DNA of 64,000 bases from Iphione sp. A-MEVVRFRX5 (taxonomy: Eukaryota), in assembly GCA_976226885.1 (NCBI GenBank), contig OZ320313.1, positions 146,754,001-146,818,000 on the forward strand, in the 5' to 3' direction. A program made the translations under genes and the position numbers. Below, in pieces: positions 58,803 through 64,000 of the stretch; the first letter of the stretch is position 1, and every line of letters starts with the position of its first letter. Below the pieces are notes generated by a model, which saw only the letters and a program-made list of their open reading frames with translations, did not search any database and had not been told where the DNA came from.

Positions 58803-61800
58803 CCAACAGCATTAGCACTAAAGCTGGTGGGGCCCTTTTAACAGGGCTGCTCTTGCAATGGGCCTTCTGGCTGAGCCATGCTACCAAACCCCTACCCACC
58901 CAAGGTCTGCACCGGGGACCTGTCACACTTGGTCCTGTGAAAATTTGTTGGCTACTGATTGTCGGCTATTGGCATTGTCGGCTACTGACGGCATTCGTTC
59001 TGAGGGGTCAAAGATGACTGTCAGAAGGTTAGACAACTTTGTTTACTTATTGCCATACACAATTACAGCAGGAGACTTGACCATTTGTGCCATCATAATA
59101 GAAGATCCGCCAATCAAAATTTGTCATTTCGGCAACAGTGTTGGAAAAAATGGTGAAAAATTTGTGAGGTAATAATGGAGCATCCACTAATTAGCTTACT
59201 GTATTGAGGGATTGCTGGGTGAATAACAACACCATAACTACACGTTTACTGTTTTTTAAAACAGTGTCTTGATATACAGCAAGCTGATTGGTGGACCCTC
59301 TATTATGACATGACAAAGAGTAAAGAGTCATCTGTAGTAAGAGTGTCTGGCAATTTATTAATTACCTCTTGTCCATGTTGGAAACACGTCTGTGATGTTT
59401 CACAGTGGGTGGACCTGTCACCTCAAAATTGATCGGTGAATTGATCCATCCAATGGACTTTAATTCATATGTCCATGGTCAGGTATGAACTTAGTGGAGG
59501 TTACTCCAAAGCTGATGCTGTCTGGGGTTATCCCCACCTCTCATGGGAAATGTGACACATGGCAGAAATTGGCAGAGGTCTTTGATGTCTGAGCTAGCAC
59601 AGACATGTCTTACCTCACATGTAGATGTAGGGGCCAGAGAAGAGGAGCGATAGTGGGATAATCATCAGATCTCTACTGATGTAGGCATAGGGAAGACAAA
59701 AGTTTCGAACACCTGATCTGTGCACCTGATGCACAATCCATTTATGCTAGCCTACAGGCTCATGAGTTTCCCCCTTTAAGTATGGTTGCAAGTGCATGGC
59801 CGCTATACCATTGATTGATGGTGAAACAACAGGTTGAAATGGAGATCGATGGTATAGTGACCATGCATTTGCTACCATACTTACAGAGTGTTCTAATAGG
59901 GTCATTGCATATGTCAAAACATTTAGATACAACTTTCGATTTAGTACACATGTACTTCATGCAACCGGTCCACTTCTGGTTTACGGGAGAAGCCAAGATA
60001 TATTTAGGCAATTTTCAAAATGCCACTGTTGTAATTCATTCAGTAATCATATTTTAAGGTGAAATGGGATTTCCTTTAACATTGATATGTATAGAACAGA
60101 TGAAATAAATGCTTTTTGTATTAAATTTCACTACAAAGCCACAGAAACATTTGCCATTTTGTTTATATTTCCAAAGAGGAGTGCATGGTCATCTAGCTAA
60201 ATATGGCACAGTGGCGACAACATTTATATGTGACCGCATTTATTTCTCATGGATTACCCAAGCAAGGAGGCACAGCGTGAATAGCTAGAGAATTTTACTA
60301 AACAAAAAACAGTACAAGTTTGGGCCAGGCACACTTTGGATATCCCTGTGGCCCCAGGACACACCAGTCGGGCTTTGTCTTTGTACAAGCTAGTAGTTCT
60401 ACTTATAATTATATACGTAGGCATGACGTATGATTTGAAAAATGTCTATTGTGAAATGGGATGCTGGTTACTCTCTGATTTAGCAAATTTATGGTCTCCT
60501 TGTTTCCTGACCAAATTCATCAATATAAAAAAAATTCTATTCCTTACATAGGTCATCTAGGTGAGAAGCCAAAATCCAGTTGTTGATAGTTCATCTGTTT
60601 TAAGGTGGCTACACCCAATATGAGTTGTCAAGAAGTTTAATCGTACAATTTTAAGTTGTAAGAAAGACAGATGGGCCACTTTCTAAGATCGTTTCTGTGG
60701 TGTTGTTTTTAATATGAAAAAGATAAAAGACTAGCTGGCATGTGACAGTCATACATTGCATATTTTAACGTGTTTTTCATCTTTACTTTTGTCGCTAAAT
60801 TTCAGGCATTGTGGCGCGGTGCACTTGTTAGAAAACAGATGACTAGTTTAAGACGAAAGTATGAAGAAACAATAAAAGAGACAGAGTTACCTGGATACTC
60901 TTTACAGCTCACATGGAAGTCACAGACTTTGTCCATACCTATTATTTCCAAATGTGGACAACCAGGCTTAACCGTATGCACCAAGGAAAGGCACAATAGT
61001 GTGAAGAAGACAGAGTTTAATGATAGACAGACAGATAGCAAAAGCTATTCAGATTCGACAAGTATTAATGATAGGCCGTCTTCAAAGAAGGAAAAGAGTC
61101 TTTGGGAAAAAAGTAATGTTAGTTATGTCAAGAAAAAAGATCCATTGAACTCTTCTGAACAGTCTGAAAATTCTTCAAATACTGGTGCTCGTAAGGAATC
61201 AGTGACCACTGCGGTTAATGAAAATCCAACAGAAGACAGCTCTGGAACTTCTGAAATTCCTTCACAAGAGACTTCCACTGAGAAAGTACCATCGCAGGAA
61301 GACAGCTCACAAAATGTAGGAAAAGGTAAACATGTTAGTGAAGAAATACCTACGGTGACACAAAATACCATGGTGTGGGACTCGGTAGACCTGGCCTCGC
61401 CTGAAAATCTAACAGACAAACAAGGTTTGTGTTTAATCGTGAGATTTTGCTCCAGTAAATATATACGTAAATATTTATATGTATTACTTTTAACTAATTT
61501 GACGCTATACAAATGATGCATCACGATGATTACATTTTAATACAGTCTGTCGTAGCCAAGACCTTTTTGTATTTACAAACCCTGCTGAGGACTAAAAAAC
61601 CCTGTGATTTTTTCCCTCGTAAAAGACAGGGAAGCGCTACTTCAAGAGAAGAGCGCCATCGAAATGGACATGTTGTGGATACAACAAGCAATCGAGAGTA
61701 GGAAGCAGGTANNNNNNNNNNNNNNNNNNNNNNNNNNNNNNNNNNNNNNNNNNNNNNNNNNNNNNNNNNNNNNNNNNNNNNNNNNNNNNNNNNNNNNNNN

Positions 61801-62075
61801 NNNNNNNNNNNNNNNNNNNNNNNNNNNNNNNNNNNNNNNNNNNNNNNNNNNNNNNNNNNNNNNNNNNNNNNNNNNNTCAAACCATATTAACAACGGTAAC
61901 ATCACTTAATTAGGCTCTTTGTGGAAGCATCTGACAATACTTGTATTGATCTTTCCCCCAGACTTCCTCCTGACGTATACATGTGTCGACATGTGCTTAG
62001 TTGACTGGACATCTTCATTAGAAAAATTGCTTTTGTATTTTACAGTATCTCAGACTTCGTCAGCAGATGACGTGA
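57671..62075 (+). CDS. IQCC: IQ motif-containing protein C, 4 exons, about 267 aa
   Basis: Exons 57671-57742, 60806-61424, 61626-61708 and 62046-62075, GT-AG with consistent phases. The spliced IQ motif LLRLQ|ALWRGALVRKQ and the C-terminal EMDMLWIQQAIESRKQ|YLRLRQ match IQCC as I recall it. Exon 1 is the least certain. Confidence 0.85.
58722..58798. repeat. (GA)n microsatellite in IQCC intron 1
   Basis: Uninterrupted AG dinucleotide run. Confidence 0.98.
61712..61876. other. Assembly gap (165 N)
   Basis: Run of N starting three bases after the IQCC exon 3 donor (gta). Confidence 1.
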
Positions 62076-62934
62076 ACTGCGTAAAGACGACAAATGGTTG
62101 AGAGCGGCGAATTCATAAAGATTCCATGGACACCCTTTAATTGGGACACAGAGGAGCTGGCTAGCTTCAGTCAGTCATACTGCTGTAGAAATATTAACTT
62201 TTTTTCTCTCAAATGAAGACAACGCCTCTTTTATTACTAGTATTTATTTGTGATAACGTTAGCCAAACAATAACATGTATAGAGAAATAAAACTTTAATG
62301 ATACTTCTTTCCCTGTGTATTTGTATGTATTTTCCAGTTATATAGATTAGAAGTATAACTCTGAAATGTCAGTATTATTAATTTTTTTTCTTGAATTTAT
62401 CACGTGCATTCAATGTCTTCTACGTATATTAGAACACGATTTTTCATTGAAGAATTGTAGAGAATAGGCCAGGTCGATGACCTCTATGATCAACTTGTCC
62501 TTGCCGTGATACTTGTGTCCATACACTTTATGACCGCAGCATTTGTTGAAGTTGGCCCCGATCCATTCATCTTCCAAGTGAAATTAGCTCAACCGATTTG
62601 AACTGAATGACCCTTTTACATGAAAAAATAGTTTCCATGAAGTACTCGCTGCAAGTCAAGTTGCACAATATAGACGATTTAAGTCCGTAATTCTTAAACT
62701 GAATATACATAGTGTACATTGTCAACATACGACTGATCTCGATGGGTTTTGTCATAAGAATCATGAGTGATCTATATACATGTAGTTTGGGACCAACCAG
62801 TCCTTAACTATCTGGACCCACTACTGTGTGTGTACGCTGGGAAAACCACTCTTAGGCAGTTAAATACAATTATCTCCATCTGCCTGGAGTACCTGGACCT
62901 GCCACCTCGTGTGTGCTGTGAAAAGACATTCATA

Positions 62935-63195
62935 TGTTCTTTAAAAGTTGTTACTAATTTGCATATCATTAGCATAAAAAGCTATATTTTCACCAATATG
63001 CCTCACTTTCAACAAAAAGCTGCAAAATTTCTACTGAAATGCCTCACTTTCAACAAAAAGCTGCAACATTTCCACAATATGCCTCACTTTCAACAAAAAG
63101 CTGCAAAATTTCCACTGATATACCTCACTTTCAACAAAAATGTATTCTATATTTTATGTAAATGGTATGCAAATTAGTAACAAATTTTAAAGAAC
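62935..63195. mobile_element. Small inverted-repeat element with internal ~41-bp tandem array
   Basis: TIRs gttctttaaaagttgttactaatttgcatatcatt / aatggtatgcaaattagtaacaaattttaaagaac. About four copies of atgcctcactttcaacaaaaagctgcaaaattt lie between them. Confidence 0.8.
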
Positions 63196-63261
63196 TAACA
63201 TGTTTAACATGTTTTCAAAGGCAAGAAAGACATTGTGTATAGCCCAGTTACATGGGGATAA

Positions 63262-63592
63262 GGCCTAAAAAAAGTTCTGTGTTTCCGGTAACAAGCAGAA
63301 AAATGAAAGAGTCGGTCGGAAGGTCACAAGTTTTTTTATTTTTCTTTTTTTTCAATGTTAAAGGATCCTGAACTCAACAAATGTCTATGGTAATGTTACT
63401 TAAACTGGTTAGATATTAATGAAACTTGTGTCACATAAAAGCTAGTAACCTGAGGAGTAATTTGGTGTGTAAAACATGTTCTATCATTAATCATTCTGAA
63501 GTTATTCAAAAAACAAGAAAAAAATAAAGTCACTAATGGTTCAAATGTAGGGCCGGTCGGGTTACCGGAAACAGAACTTTTTTTATTAGGCC
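63262..63592. mobile_element. Harbinger-like MITE, second subfamily
   Basis: Ends TAA|ggcctaaaaaaagttctgtgtttccggtaac and gttaccggaaacagaactttttttattaggcc|TAA. Confidence 0.88.
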
Positions 63593-64000
63593 TAAACCCT
63601 GTCACTGGTGGCGGGGAGGTGAGGGTAGCCAGGACCATGCCACAGGAGGTGGATGTATAACTTGTGCACAAGGGGATAGCACCTAAGAGGTACATAAATT
63701 TCTCTTTTTAAAATCTAGCCTTAATTTAATTGGAAGAAAGCTTCTTTTTGGGTAGTTCCGAGGACAATCGGTAAAGAAGCAAACAGGACATACACATATT
63801 TCTATCTGGATAGTTAAAACTATTCAGATATGACACTGCTGCATGTGAGGGAATCTAGACAATTTTGGTCAATCATATATCACTTTGCTCATCTTATGAT
63901 TAGAAGGTGAGGATTCAATGCCACTATTGTAAACTTCCCCAGCCGCAGCTAAAAGCAGAACAAATTGAACATGCAATCACTTTCAGATACATGTATGAAT

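Noticed and set aside
59837-59884. Alternative IQCC exon 1 (MEIDGIVTMHLLPYLQ)
   Set aside because: It ends in LQ but has no GT donor after it. The 57671 exon has a donor and lies in a CpG-rich region.
61530-61909. ORFs containing long X runs
   Set aside because: These are artefacts of translating through the N gap.

Overview
This is intron-containing animal genomic DNA, AT-rich and transposon-dense. A marine invertebrate is likely, inferred from a Meta-type SINE and the GPCR family. Three protein-coding genes are well supported: an intronless class A peptide-type GPCR (minus, 32657-34054), an 8-exon prostaglandin reductase 2 (PTGR2, plus, 37351-43509) and a 4-exon IQCC (plus, 57671-62075, with an assembly gap in its last intron). 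Most of the remainder is mobile DNA: LINE fragments, a decayed Ty3/Gypsy element, a Sola-like transposase relic, a SINE, and non-autonomous DNA elements with TA (pogo-like), TWA (Harbinger-like), TTAA (piggyBac-like) and 5-bp target-site duplications. I found no rRNA, true tRNA or CRISPR array. The best leads are a mitochondrial presequence on PTGR2 whose predicted two-step cleavage lands exactly on the conserved Met, an unidentified decayed zinc-finger gene (27.7-31.2 kb), a CAG..CTG MITE family with 5-bp TSDs, an inverted pair of near-identical MITEs, and a sharp CpG mosaic. I did not find a clearly new multi-gene system. All identifications come from reading the sequence and from motif recall; no database search was run.
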